Assembly: GCF_006345805.1 (NCBI RefSeq)
Contig: NC_043000.1
Span: forward strand, 161,448,001-161,512,000
DNA length: 64,000 nucleotides
Direction: 5' to 3'
From: Octopus sinensis
Taxonomy: Eukaryota
This document shows positions 38,264 through 52,040 of the stretch, piece after piece. Position 1 is the stretch's first letter; every line of letters starts with the position of its first letter. The position numbers were made by a program, and so were the translations under genes. The notes under the pieces were generated by a model. It did not search any database. It was not told the DNA's origin and saw nothing but the letters and a program-made list of their open reading frames with translations.

Positions 38264-39522
38264 TCTTCACTCTTGGTAAACACATCAGCCAAAACAAAAG
38301 CTATAAGTACGTTATTCTATTTGAGTAATTAATACATCCGTAGTGCTGCCCGTTCAACCCTAATAATTTGCTCTTGCGTAAAATCTCATTACTACCCTTA
38401 CTACAGATGTTTATTACATACCCTTTCCAGGCAATCTAGTTCCTTTACTTACATTTCAAAGTAGGCTTTGTACTCTCCATCTTCAGAGAAAATTCCCATC
38501 AAACATTTCGCTAATTGTGAAAATCTATCTCGTAAATTTATTTCCAATTTATACCTTTGTTTACTAAGCTTGTCAAAGAGCTGTCGTATTTTGTTGTCAA
38601 GGAGCATGCGCCCGAATTCAAACAACGCACCATTCGAGACTAGCGTTGAAAAATTGGAGAGGGTCACTCTAACTGCTAGTGTGTCGGTGGCGATTTTCCT
38701 TACAGCTCTTTCTTTGTTTTCGTTTCTCACAATCTCTATGTACTTTCTTTATAACTCCCTGTTTAGTCTACAATTTTCTGGCAATGAGCACACTATAAAA
38801 CCCACTGATTAATGCTGTGATCTGACCTTTGAAGAAGAGAGCAAAACCAGCTATGTTTTCACACATTAGGCAACATTTTGCCTAATGTTAATTTGTCAAC
38901 ACTATTTTGAAATCCATTTGATTTGAACTACTATCGCAAATTTAATGTCTATGTAGTTAACTATGCGAAATAATGGATAACATACACTATTCTTATCTAG
39001 TAATAAATAAATTGTTTGAGCATATCTAAAAAGCTTTCAGTTACTCATACACAACTGCGGAAATCTAAGACGTGATCATAGTAACCTACCAACATTAATA
39101 AAAGAAATATCTCGTGGAAAGCTTCCACGCTTTAAAGATGTCTAACCATTCCCACATCAGTGCCTTGATTGCTTTTCCTCCCGAACATTCCATCTGGTTC
39201 TAGAAAGTTTTCTCTTACCTCAAACGAGAGTTAAATTTCGTAGTCTTCCAGGTAGGCGAGTGTTTGCATCGAGTGTTGCTGTTGGTCATTAGGTAGTTAA
39301 CCGAACTCGCAAAAATATTCACCGGTACGTATATTTACGGTGCTAAACAATTCGTTCCCGGTCAATTCATCGTTAATCAATTCTTTCCCAGGTGAATTCA
39401 TCGCTGGCCAATTCGTGCTAAAATAGTTTTAAATGTGATTTTCAAGGGAAAGTTTAGAACAATCACTTTAGAATTAAAATTGTCATTGGAAAGTTTTAGA
39501 TATTTTTCCCTTTCTTTAACAC

Positions 39523-39590
<68 letters not shown>

Positions 39591-40482
39591 CAATCTACCT
39601 CTCAAGTATCTGGGCTGAACAGTTTACGAACAAAGATTTATTCAATACGCCTACTCATCAACATGACTATCTTCAATATCATAACTTCTGAGAAAGGTAA
39701 AATCAAAGTGGTCGATCAAGAAAATGATATATACACAAAAAATAAGCAGAATGCAGATGGATTGAAGGTATACTGCAGGTGCGAAAATCATGTGTGCAAG
39801 GTGCCATTTCATACAGATGAAAATTATAAAGAGCTTAAGAAGATTGGGATCCATAATCCCGCTTCAAATGCTGCAGAGGTAAATGCAAGGAGAATAGTTT
39901 CAAATATTTCATCTCGTGTTGCTACTCGCTTACTTATCGCTAGTGAAGTTCAGAATTTAAACGACTGTTCATTGTCGCAAAAACCTCCGTTTGCTTAGCT
40001 TGGAGGTAAGCTGATTCCAACTATCCTGCCACTCTACTTACAAATGTTGGGTTTTCCATTCCAAGTGAATACTCCGACCTTGGCAATGATGAAACGTTTT
40101 TACAGAATGACAGCGATATGGAAGATTCAAAACGAATACCAATATTTGCAAATGATGAAGCACTTCGACAGTTAAACAGCGCAAGAACTGGGCGGCAGAT
40201 GGAAGATTTAAATGCTGCTCTAGAATATGTTTTCAGTTATATATACGTCACATTCAAATTGATAAGTTTAATGCCCCACGTTTGTTCGCATTGCTCTCTG
40301 ACAAAAGTCATGATACATAAATCAGACTTTTTGCTAAAATAAATGAATTACAGCCGAATAAGGGCCCTGATAATATAATTATGGATTTCGAAGAAGCAGC
40401 CCATAACAAATTTCTAGAATAGTTTCCAAGGTTGACTTTTGCATGCTGCTCGTTTCATTTAGAACAAAATGTATACAAGCAT

Positions 40483-40849
40483 ATACATTATTTACATTTG
40501 ACGGATATTTGTCCTCATATTGTTCGTTGTCAACTCAACGTTTCGGCTAATATACCCTCCGGCCTTCATCAGGTGTCTTGGGGAAATTTCGAACTTGGGT
40601 TCTCATTCCTAAGGTTTTTTCGATGTTATAATTATTGTTGTTGTTGTTGCTGTTATTCAGATCACTGCCTAGAATCGACTCGCAATCTTGGGGTTAGTAG
40701 CACGCGCTCTTAACCACTACGCCATATGCCGGTGGGCATATCAGCCGAAACGTTGTGTTAACAACAAATAAGATGAGGACAAATATCCGTCAAATGTAAA
40801 TAATGTACATAATTTCTCATCTCTTAAGTATAGATCTGTGTACAAGCAT
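40483..40849 (-). mobile_element. tRNA-headed, hammerhead-containing insertion with an inverted partial copy, nested in the MULE
   Basis: Minus strand: head TGGCGTAGTGGTTAAG..GAGTCGATTC (40730-40660), (AAC/AAT)n, HHR; inverted 3' copy 40735-40835; TACAAGCAT duplicated at 40474-40482 / 40841-40849; removal restores NVYKH|VVQEG. Confidence 0.82.
40533..40576 (-). ncRNA. Minimal type-I hammerhead motif
   Basis: acac-CTGATGA-a-ggc..gcc-GAAA-cg-TT-g(a/t)gt; palindrome AACGTT; the inverted copy keeps the perfect GTGT helix-I strand. Confidence 0.72.
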
Positions 40850-42949
40850 GTTGTGCAAGAAGGACTAAAATGCAAAAATCACGAACATTACATTTTTTGT
40901 CTAAAAATGTGTTGTTTTGTTGCTCTTGCTTTCCTGCCGATTGATAATATTGTAGATGTATATGAACAACTTCTAGATTATCATGATATTCCACAGTCAA
41001 TTGAATTTTATTTTGAAAGTAATTATATAGGACTACCTAGAGGAAGAGGATAAAGAAGGTGACGCCTTGAAACTCCATTTCCATTACCTATATGAAATGT
41101 GTGGGATCGATGTATAACTTGCCAGTACCAAATTGCAGAAGTTTATGCAAGGAGAAGAACCAAACCAAAACGAAAAAATACAAAGATATCAACATGCACA
41201 TAAAAAATGTCTTAGAAAAATATGATCCAAGCCTAAAAATTATATTTCTAAAAGCAATTGCATACAATCTTAATTTTAAAAGAAAAATAAATATGTAATA
41301 CAGCAAACCTTAAAATAAACGTTTTTTTTTTAATTCAGATATTCTTTCTTCCATTTTTCTTATGAGCTCAACAAATTGATTGACGACGAATTGACCTGGG
41401 GACGAGTTGACCAACGACGAATTGACTGGTGACAAATTAAACGACTACAAATTGCCGTCGACGAATTGACCGGACACCATATTTACACATTCTTCCCTCT
41501 TTAATGCAATATATGAAACTGAGTGAGTCAAGGTAACAAGAACTAACCCAGTGCATTGTTTGCAATGGTCACAATTCATATATTGGCAATTGGATTTTTA
41601 TTTGCTCAGGAAAACCATACGTATTGTCAGATCTTTCTTTTTCTCAAAACAAAGAAGAGAACAACAACGGTTATAGTTTAATCAGTAACCTCTTTTTTTC
41701 TTCTTCTTCTTTTGAGTTCTTACTTTCCTCTATAGCGTGTTTGAGTGGGGAGTGTCCTGAGAGAGTGTGCTATCAACTCTCTTTCTGCAGTCTGGAGTAA
41801 TTGGTAGATATATTCTCTCCGGCGACCGAGGATAGAAATAAATTTAATTTCTAATATAGCCACAAGGCCTTAAATTTTGGGTGAAGAGTATCGTTGATTA
41901 AGATCAACCAATTCCATTCTTGACTGGTATCTATATTGTCGACTCCGGAAAGATGAATGGTGGTGTTGTCCTTGGTGGAAACCGAAATAAAAACTAAAAA
42001 AGAGTGATATTATATACACAATGCAACAGACGTCTAATGTTGCCAATCCACTGCTTGCAGGATAGCAACAATATTGATTTCTAGCAGAGAGAAAGCCTCA
42101 ATGCTGGGGAAATGGTACACTCGATTTTATCAACAATTTATTACTGGTACTTATCGACAACGATAATCACCATTTTTTCTCCCTCTTTTATTATTTGCTT
42201 AATGTTTTTACACTTCTTTTGACTATTCCAGATATTTTTGTTATTGTCGCTTTATTTTTTATTTGCTTCATTTTATTATCAGTCTTTTGTTGATTTCTTA
42301 GATGATTGAAGAACTTGAAGCTTTCCTTCACGCCACTGTTGAAACTTTTAGACTTTCTGCCACGCCTTCACGATGGTAACCACTTCCACCAGTCTCATAG
42401 ACCTTCTCTTTCAAGCCTTTCATGGGAATAATAACTAAATTAGAAACCAGGTGTGTTCCTGATTTCAAATCTTTTCCATCTATAATCAATTTTTTTTTTC
42501 ATTAATACACCACAATATCACTTTTCTTCTTTTCATATTCAGCTTTAAAACAGACTTCAATAAGAAACAAAAAGTGAGACTAACTCCTTGTACTCTTTAA
42601 TGGTTTCTTCAACCTTTAAAATTTGTCTTCCTCTCGTTCTGTTCTCTCACTTTATTCCTTCAAATTAAATATGCAGAAAAAAAGAAATTCAAAGGAAGCG
42701 ATTAAAAACGCGTTTAATTCAGTAACATTCAACAACAATGACTCCACATGGAATCATATATGCAGTATCATGACTTGCGAGAAAAAGTAGACAAATAATC
42801 CTAAATGATACTTTGTCGTCTCACAATGCGAAAAACAATTGCAAAAAAGGAAGAATGGCTGAAAAGCCTTTTCTCGTATTTGTTATATACCCGAGCTGAT
42901 ATGACTGCTAAACTTAGAAACTAACCCGAGATCACGCACTGGTTGTGAT

Positions 42950-44400
42950 ACCGAGCTGACAATACCCGTTTTTCCTGTGTAATCCCTGACTGCAATCAAC
43001 TCGTGAGCTGAAATCAGCTCTCTTGAAGATTTTCAGCTTTGAACTGCATTTGTCTCTTCAGCTCACTTGTATGATGCAGCAGGTCCTTGGCGTTATCATC
43101 AGGATTCGTTTCTGCATGTGATAAATTTATCATCAGCGTGGCAGGGGACAGTAGCTGACCATGTGACCAGGAGCACTGGAGATCCACCACAAGCGGGAGT
43201 GGTCGCAGTACACTTATTTGAGGTACTATGATATGAATAGATGTTTCGTCAATTAATACTTCTTCGATGGTATTATCTTTCTCTCTTCCCCTCAGAATAA
43301 ATACTTTTAGCTGAAATTGCCTAAATACTGCTTCTGACATTCCATTTTCCAACTATGCCGAGATAACGCAGTTTGGAACATTCCGTAATCCACATTTGAA
43401 TGGCTGAGCTGGTGTTTCAGTAGTCAATTATAATGCTGTAGTAGTTTTTTGAGATAGCTCTTTCCTGGATGGACGCCGTGGTGCATATCAGTAGGCAAGC
43501 CGTTTACTTATATGAATGTCATCAGCTTCCTGTAGATTGTACATTCCATCAATCTATCGCACTACAGATGTGTAAGATGAGTGAAATATGCTTGAAATTT
43601 TTATCATCTTCTCTGCTTCCTCCTTCATGGATAGAGCATAGTGTACCTCTTAAAATTATCTGCAGTGGTTTTGCAGATAATTTTGCATGTCATTAAAAGT
43701 TCTCTAGGAAACCACCAGTGTCCGTTGCTGATTTCAATTTCATCTGATCAGTGAATGATATTTACATCTTTCTCTTTTCTATCGATGTAATCGTTCGATT
43801 GCACTTCTCTTTGTAGAGAAGTACTGTTGAAAACTTTTGAAGCTTACTTATTTGCATATCTCCCAATGAGAAATAAAATCACTTTGGAATTAGTTAATAT
43901 TTCACTCAGCATTTTAGGATTTACAGTCATTGAGCCATTTTCTTCAAACACTGGCTCTATCATGTGACACACCGAAACAGATTTTTTTCTAAAGTTGTAG
44001 AATTCTGTAGGGTTTGTTTATTTTAAACTGCTTTAGTTTCTCTTTCTTCCCTCTTTTTTCATGGGATAATTTGAGGTTGTTTTCAATCTCGGAAAGAGCC
44101 TTTTGAAAGCGAGGCGCCTCGTTATCATTCATTTGCTTATTTAACCGATTCAAAAGCTTATATTTCCTCTCATAATGACTCGCCTCTTTTCCGAAATAAT
44201 GTTTTTGTTTCTCTCTGCTTTTCCCTCTGGAGCAAATTTAATGCATTATCGAGACATCATTGTTTGGTATAGTGACACTTTGGGGCAAATTTTGTTTCAA
44301 CATTACTTCTTAAATTGATTTCTTGTCTGTTTTGTACTAGTTCAGACTGGATAGGATTTGGGTGCTTTCTGTGTGATAGACATTTTCGATTTGTTAGAGT
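42950..44400 (-). pseudogene. Degraded CR1-like LINE RT relic
   Basis: NPTEFYNF..EENG..NPKMLSEIL, VPQISVLRPL ([10 protein letters not shown]) and HADDK (FADDSK) align with the 31-kb LINE; many stops. Confidence 0.7.
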
Positions 44401-46479
44401 TAGTATGTTATAGTCTGAGAAAATCGGTGCCGTCACTTCACATTGTGAATGGATTCCATGTTATTGGTAAAGCACGTTCAAGATATCGTTGCTCCTGGTA
44501 CCTTACATTATTGTTTATTTCGTGAACATAATTTTAGTGAAATCAAGTACATATCCAGCTGGATTTCATTCGTAACATGGCATATGTTGCCTGCAGGCCA
44601 TTTAATTTTAAGGAATCTGAAGTCGCCCAACCGAGGTGTATTGACGTTCCGATCGTCTCTCTTCAAATTTACCAATGCGACGATATAATATAAGTTCTAT
44701 AATATATATGCACGCATATGATACATCTTATTTATGAAAATATCGCCATTTATTCTCACATTCACATTACTAGAAATCCTTAAGAGAGCAAAAGATCTTA
44801 ACATAAAAGACGACATAAAAGACGTCATTAACTGCTAAATAACCATCAAATACATTAAATTTAAATCCTTATTTCGAAAATACGAAGCCTACAGAGAAAA
44901 TCATGTTGCTAACCTAGAGATTAGAGAACACAGTTTTAGATACGTATAAAAAAGAAAGAAAGAAATATTGCAGATCTTTTGATCGTGGATCAGCTCGAGG
45001 TCAGAGATGACCAGGAATAAATAACACGAGTATGCTATAATGGAAACTTACACTTCTTATAACCTTCAAAAATGAATAAAATCACCTGAAGTGACTCAAC
45101 ACAAATCTTATTTAGGACCGTTATCAATAAGTATGATACCTTATTTTTTCATTTTTTTGTCTTTGGAAGATGAAAAGCATTCTATCGTTTATTTCAGTAC
45201 CGATCGGCGATTAACCAACAGACAAGCGTGGAATATCTGTGATACAGCCTTATATGATAACATAAAATCAACTAGCTCACAATGATGGTTTAAGTTTGCG
45301 TGGGAGAAGTAGCAGCGAAAAGCCTTCAAATACGCACTACATTCTTCAAAAAAAAGAAAAGTAAAAGAACTCATTAAATAAGGCTGTTGTAGATACTGCT
45401 AAACAGTACGATGGTCATAACTGAATTTTTTTTCTATTATAACTCTGTTATATCACAGTTCTTCTGGGCTGGAAAAAGACATAAAATTTACACATGTCAA
45501 CAATAAATGTAATCTGTTTTCGACACTAAATTGTAGAAAATAATGCAAGCATAATATATTTCATTTATGAAACTGAAAATAATCTAGCACTCTGTATTAG
45601 TCATTATAACATCGTCACAGACTCCGAAGATAACCTATTTGAGCTGATAAAGATAGCAGCTAAAATGCCATCGAATCACACTCTACAAACTTAAATAAGA
45701 AGAAAAAATCTTATTGGGTGGTGCAATTCTAGATAAACAATGTCTGAAAAGGCCATAACTAGAAATCCTTTGATTATAGTTTTTGTTCAATCGTAATTGA
45801 CCTTGAGTCAAACAATGATAAATGTCGAGAGAATGTATGAAAGGAAAGTAGCTCACAAAGTAATGTGGTAAAAATAATCTGAGAAGATGACAAATATATA
45901 TGATATGTCTTTCGGGAATTGTGTGGGAAATATATGTGAAGATGTATAACGTAATTGTATCCTAGGACATCGATATATTTTTCAGAATTTCAGCGCCTAC
46001 TTCGAGCATATAATACAGAAAGATAGAGGAGATGTCACTTTATTTCACAAAAGAGCAGGACTGGGTAAAAATATTCGTTACTACAATACCTACTATTCTT
46101 AAATTTTGTGCATGGGAACAAAAGCTAATAATCTAAGTAAGGCATATGGGAAAATACAATTATGTAATTGCTAAAGGAGGAGATGTAATGATGGTACATA
46201 TAGAACATACTATAGTGAAATGATGGTAAATTTAGAATATACAAGAGTGAATAAGTCAACTAGTTAGACAGAATTTAAAATTAGATACTGCCAAACAAAA
46301 AGTAAAAAGAAAACTACGTGTTTAGAACAGTTCACAATGTCAAAAATGGATATTAGGAATTTGAGGTAAAGGTATGATAGAAATTAGGCCCCAAGAGAAT
46401 TAGTTGTAATTCACTTACAAAGGCCATCATGTTCCAAATAATATCTAAATAATGATAATAATGGTAGCAATAATAATAA

Positions 46480-47097
46480 AAGTAGTAATAGTATAACAAC
46501 AGTAATAATAATAATTATCATTATCTTCATCATCATCATCATCATCATTATCATTATCAGTATAATGAAGGCAACAGTTTAAAGAGCCCAACAGCAGCAG
46601 CAGCAGCAGCTTCAGCAACAGCAGCAGCAGTCAGCTGCAATCATGATGGAGGCAACAACCTCAGAGAAAGAAATAACTACAGAAAACTGAAAATGCAGAT
46701 TCTGCATATTTACAGAAGCTGCAAAATGCAGAAACTGCAAATTGCATAAGCTGCAATAGAATAGCAATACAGTAATAATAGTTCTGGCAAGATTGCAATT
46801 TCTGCTCTGGCAACTACAGCAGCTATAACATTAGCTTCCCTGCAATAACAGGAGATGCACCCCTAACAAATTGCAATAGCGTCTAAGGTCATAGACCTTA
46901 GATGCTGTTGCAATTACTGTAGTTATAGAAGCAGTGTAGGAAAAGGAAGAATAAAGAGGAGGAAGAGGAGTTAACTTTGTGGTTGTAGTAATCGTAGAAA
47001 TAGCTATAATATTATTAGCAGAAATGGTAGCAGTGATAGTAAATCTAGTGGAGATGATAGTAGAAGAGGTAATAACATTTCGCATTTGGTTCATTTC

Positions 47098-47144
<47 letters not shown>

Positions 47145-47493
47145 CAGTTGATAAAGTTTAAAATATTTCAAAAAAGGGTTTCGTGATGATGTATGGGGAT
47201 ATTAAAGATAACACATGAGGTAGTTGCTGTTATATAATATTCAGCCCTTATTCTTCTCCAATCAAGCATAAATATATATATATCGTCAAGGCGTTCCAAT
47301 CATGACCAACATTGTCTTATTGGTTTTTCAGACATAAACTCTTTCGGTCTTGAAGATAGCTGTGGGAGGTATGGCTGCTATTTCCAGCAGTTTGAGAAAC
47401 CAAAAAAAAGAATTTCCTTCGTTGTGTCCTAATAAGTTGTAGCAGAAGTGTAGGATCTTCAGTCTGAAGTGTAGAAGTAGAAGTAACAGTAGC

Positions 47494-47537
<44 letters not shown>

Positions 47538-48045
47538 TAGTAGTAGTAGCAGCAGCAGCAGCAGCAGCAGCGGCGGTGGCGACAGCAGCATTAGTGGTAG
47601 TGGTGGTGGGGGGTGCTGGTGGTGATGGTGGTGGTGGTGGTGGTGGTGGTCGTCGTCGTCGTCGTCGTCGTAGTACTAGTAGTAGTAAAAAGTGTTCAGT
47701 TTTAATGCGAGTAGTGGTAATGATGGCAAGAAGAGAGGGCAATGACTTTGGAGGTAATGATATCGGCGTAAGTAGTATTATTAGTAGGAGGGTGTGGTTG
47801 TTGATCTTGATGGTTGTGGTAGCGGTGGTAGTAGTAGTAGTAACACTAACGTTACTGGCAGTGGTGTAAATAGTGGCTGCAACTAAAAATGCATCACTAT
47901 GTGCAGAATTCACAGCAAATGCATATTAAGCAGCAGCAGCAGCAGCAGTAGCAGTAGCAGTAGTAGTAGTAGTAGTAGAGTAGTAGTAGTAGTGGTGGTG
48001 GTGGTGGTGGTGGTGTGGTGGTGGTGGTGGTGGTGGTGGTGGTGT
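46480..48045 (+). repeat. Compound trinucleotide low-complexity region (AAT, CAT, CAG, TAG, GGT, CGT)
   Basis: Seen directly. Confidence 0.85.
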
Positions 48046-48589
48046 GCAAAATGCAACTGAAGCTGCGTGTGAATCAGCATATATGATGTTCATCAGTAAA
48101 GTCAGTAGTTGCAGCAGCAGTTGCGAATGCAACGTTGCCAAATGCAAGACCATGTGCAGAGGTTGCCACAGCAACTGTAAATATAAACTGCAGAACCATG
48201 CCTATCAATCTGATATTTATATTTATACGTTATATATATATATATATGAGTGAGTGCGCGTATTCGGCGAGAAACAAAGACACAGATGTTCTTATGCGCG
48301 TGTATATGTATATATATATGTGTGTGTGTGTGTATGTGCCTATCGATACATACATACATACCTATGTATGTATGTGTATGTATGTGTGTGTATGTATGTG
48401 TAATATCAAGTATGACTGTTCCAAGTTACGCAGTTAAAAGTGAAACCTGGTTTTTCGGCGAAACCTTGAAGTAGGCAATCGCTGTTAATATTAAATATTA
48501 TTTCGAGTCCATAAACAGTATGCGAGTACTTCATTGAGTGCATACTTGGAGTATTAATTACAAAAACCTATTAATTAAAGTTTAATGAA

Positions 48590-48665
48590 TAAACATGTAT
48601 GCATGCGTGCCTATGTGTGTATACACACACACACATATATACCCACACATACACACATATGCATC

Positions 48666-48697
<32 letters not shown>

Positions 48698-48762
48698 CAT
48701 ATATACATATATAGGTATATATATATACATATATATATATATGCACATATATATGCATACAT

Positions 48763-48827
<65 letters not shown>

Positions 48828-48931
48828 CATACATACATACATACATACATACATAAAGGTGATAACTCATGCAGAGCTCATTATGTTCCCCTTCAGATTT
48901 CCTCCCGGGTAGGGTCTTGCACGCGTGTACG

Positions 48932-49005
<74 letters not shown>
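48590..49005 (+). repeat. (CA)n/(TA)n/(TACA)n microsatellites
   Basis: Seen directly. Confidence 0.9.
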
Positions 49006-49006
<1 letters not shown>

Positions 49007-49009
49007 CTC

Positions 49010-49234
49010 TATTACCCACAAGGGGCTAAACATAGAGGGGACAAACAAGGACAGACAAAGGTATTCAGTCGATTACATCGATCCCAGTGCGTAACTGGTA
49101 CTTAATTTATCGACCCCTAAAGGATAAAAGGCAAAGTCGACCTCGGCGGAATTTAAACTCAGAACGTAACGGCAGACGAAATATGGCTACGTATTTCGCC
49201 CGGCGTGCTATCGTTTCTGGCAGCTAGCCGCCTT
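49010..49234 (-). mobile_element. SINE family B, full length with the long-tail variant
   Basis: Same sequence as the 26890-27113 unit. Confidence 0.9.
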
Positions 49235-49358
49235 ACACATATATATATATATACCTACATACACGTACAAGTATATGTGCGTATATATATGCACTTACTT
49301 ATCTATGAATGTCTGTATAATGATGAGTAAAATTATTGTTATCGCGCTCCTGTACATT

Positions 49359-49398
49359 AGATCGTGATGAGGCGAAATCATGCCGAAACAATGTTTCT
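49359..49398 (+). ncRNA. Decayed hammerhead-like motif
   Basis: agatc-GTGATGA-ggc-gaaatcat-gcc-GAAA-caatg-TT-tct; C3 changed, helix I imperfect. Confidence 0.3.
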
Positions 49399-50014
49399 GG
49401 CAGTCTGCTGACGTCACTTGGAGTTCAAATCAACGTGATATTTATACACTAAATCTATAGAAATCGGAGACAAAATCCAACACCGGTTGCTTTTGTAGTT
49501 CTAGTGTACCTGTTCGTATTAAAAATAAATGAACAATTCTTTCTTTCTCTCTCCCGCTTATTCTCCGTAATGAAATAAATTCTAGCTTGACAATCGTCAG
49601 TACACCCCAACAAATATATACTTTTCCATATTCTGTATATAAGAAGAAAAGTTTCGGCTTAACTCCAAATGGCCGAGGTAATATATTTCACTCAGGAGGT
49701 GAAATCACGTGGAAACTCCATGAAGAGTAGTTCTCTGATTTAAGTTGTGGGGTCAACTCGATATATTTTTACATCCAAAATTTACAGAGAAATTCTTCAC
49801 CGATACAAATTCTAAAATCATTGCTTTTCGTGTTCTAATAGATGTAAACATCTCGATTTCGATATTTGCTGCTTCGTGTGTGTACATATAATCACACAAA
49901 CACACAGAAAGTGTTAGACAGAGCATGTGTTGTATATACCCCTCTGTTCAAGTCACATTACTTATATCGAGTCCATATATATATATATATATCTGTAAAT
50001 GTAATATGGGACAA

Positions 50015-50169
50015 TTATTCGGTAGCCATGATAAAACTCCAGTTTCGGAAGCCGAGGTGAAATCCACGCCGCCACCAATTTTTCCGATGGCCGGATAACT
50101 GAAGAGATGGCGGCGTGGATTTCCACCTCGGCATCCGAAACTCGGAGTTTTATCATGGCTACCGAATAA
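50015..50169. mobile_element. 155-bp fold-back element whose right arm holds a hammerhead motif (50094-50154, plus)
   Basis: ~60-bp inverted arms; gataa-CTGAAGA-gatg..catc-c-GAAA-ctcggag-TT-ttatc; 5-bp helix I. Confidence 0.75.
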
Positions 50170-51261
50170 GTATCACATATTACTTTTACAGATAAATTCC
50201 TCTATTTTCATAATATCGAGGTCTCTTTCATTCTTTTGTTGTCTTACCATTTTTATCAATATATGTATGTATGTATGTATGTGTGTATGTGTGTGTGTAT
50301 GTATGTATGTATGTATGTATGTATGTATGTATGTATGTATGTATGTATGTATGTACATCGTGTTGTGTCTTAGGAGAGTCATTACGCCAATAATAATAAC
50401 GCAACACGCACTGGTTCAATATCCCGTCTTTATTGTTAGACATTTATTTAGATATCTAAGCAACTAATGAATCGATCGTTTGTTTTGTATTGGTTAAAAA
50501 ACCATTTGATGATTTGTTCGTCGAGTTTCAAAACACGAATTCACATCCAGAATGTTGCAAACCAAATGCAAAAATCAAGTGTGTATGTGTGTGTGTGTTT
50601 GTTTGTGTGTGTGTGTGTGTGTACGTGTGTGTGCGGGTGTGTGTGCTTGCGTTGAGGAGTGTTCGTTGATCTTCACCATTCTTAGATCTTCATAATCTCA
50701 TCTCCAGGATGCTGAGATCTGAGTTATAAATTCCTCTTTTCTTTACAATAGGCAGGACAAATATGATTGGTGTAGATGCAATTAAGTTTTTTTTTTTTTA
50801 ACCGGTAGATTTACAAGCCATTATACAGGTGTTAAATCTTCGTGATAAATGAATGCTATTGCTTCCAGAATTAATCGTCAATTTTTATGGGATTAGTGTA
50901 GAACACAGTTGTGATGCTAACTAATGTTTCCTATCTAGCTTGTCTTGTATAGCTTGGTGTAGTTCTTCGCAATTTATCGTTATTGGAAATGCATGGTGAG
51001 TAGCGGGAGAATATCGTATTGATAGGATCAATTTAGCTTTTGGGGTTATGAAGTTATAACTTGCACATTTGCAGTTGAATTTATAAATCACATTGCTCAT
51101 TGGTAACTTCTTTGCTAGATATATACTTGTACTTTGTTATTAATGAGGAGGTTTTTAACTTTAGCGTTTTTGTGGTATATTATTTAATGCTAATTTATGG
51201 CTTGGTGTAATACATTTTATATTTTGTAAACAAGGTTTACGTCCAAGTATATACATATATA

Positions 51262-51660
51262 TATAGGAGTGGCTGTGTGGTAAGTAGCTTGTTTACCAAC
51301 CACATGGTTCTGGGTTCAGTCCCACGGCGTGGCACCTTGGGCAAGTGTCTTCTACTATAGCCTCTGCCCGACCAAAGCCTTGTGAGTGGATTTGGTAGAC
51401 GGAAACTGAAAGAAGCCCGTCGTATATATGTTTATGTATATATATGCGTGTGTGTGTTTGTGTGTCCGTGTTTGTCCCCCTAGCATTGCTTAACAATCGA
51501 TGCTGGTGTGTTTATGTTCCCGTTACTTAACGGTTCGGTAAAAAGAGACCGATAGAATAAGTACTGGGCTTACAAAAAGAAAAAGTCCCGGGTTCGAGTT
51601 GTTCGATTAAAGGCGGTGCTCCAGCATGGCCGCAGTCAAATGACAAACAAGTTAAAGAGT
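51262..51660 (+). mobile_element. SINE family A, near full length
   Basis: High similarity to 2426-2835. Confidence 0.92.
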
Positions 51661-51661
51661 A

Positions 51662-51700
<39 letters not shown>

Positions 51701-51829
51701 CGTGTGTGTGTGTGTGCATGTATACATGAACTGAGTGTTAGAGTAGTTTTGCGTGTGCTTTTATTTAATCTTATGTATACCTATATGCCCTTGATTGTGG
51801 TGGTGGATGCGGTGAGTGATTTTTCTTCA

Positions 51830-51991
51830 GGTTCTTTGTTCTGAGTTCAAATTACGCCAAGGTCGACTTTGTCTTTCATCCTTTCGGGTTGATAAAATAA
51901 ATACCAGCTGAGCAATGGCGTCGATGTAATCGATTTCTCGCACTACCCCGAAATTGCTGGCCCTGTACCAAAATTATTGTTATTATTATTA

Positions 51992-52040
<49 letters not shown>

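Larger units (their letters stand above)
39339..41478 (+). mobile_element. Mutator-like (MULE) DNA transposon, inactive; 8-bp TSD ATATTTAC
   Basis: GGTG..CACC ends built from ~15-bp GGTCAATTC(A/G)TCG subrepeats; TSD 39331-39338 / 41479-41486; FLYWCH-like SEKG..KVYCRC..C..HT..HN, W..DGRFK..FQLY, MDFEEAA, CSFHLEQ, ALAFLP, YFESNYIG. Confidence 0.9.

Noticed and set aside
38449-38730. 93-aa minus-strand ORF with helical character
   Set aside because: No motif I can assign and no convincing splice context; left unassigned.
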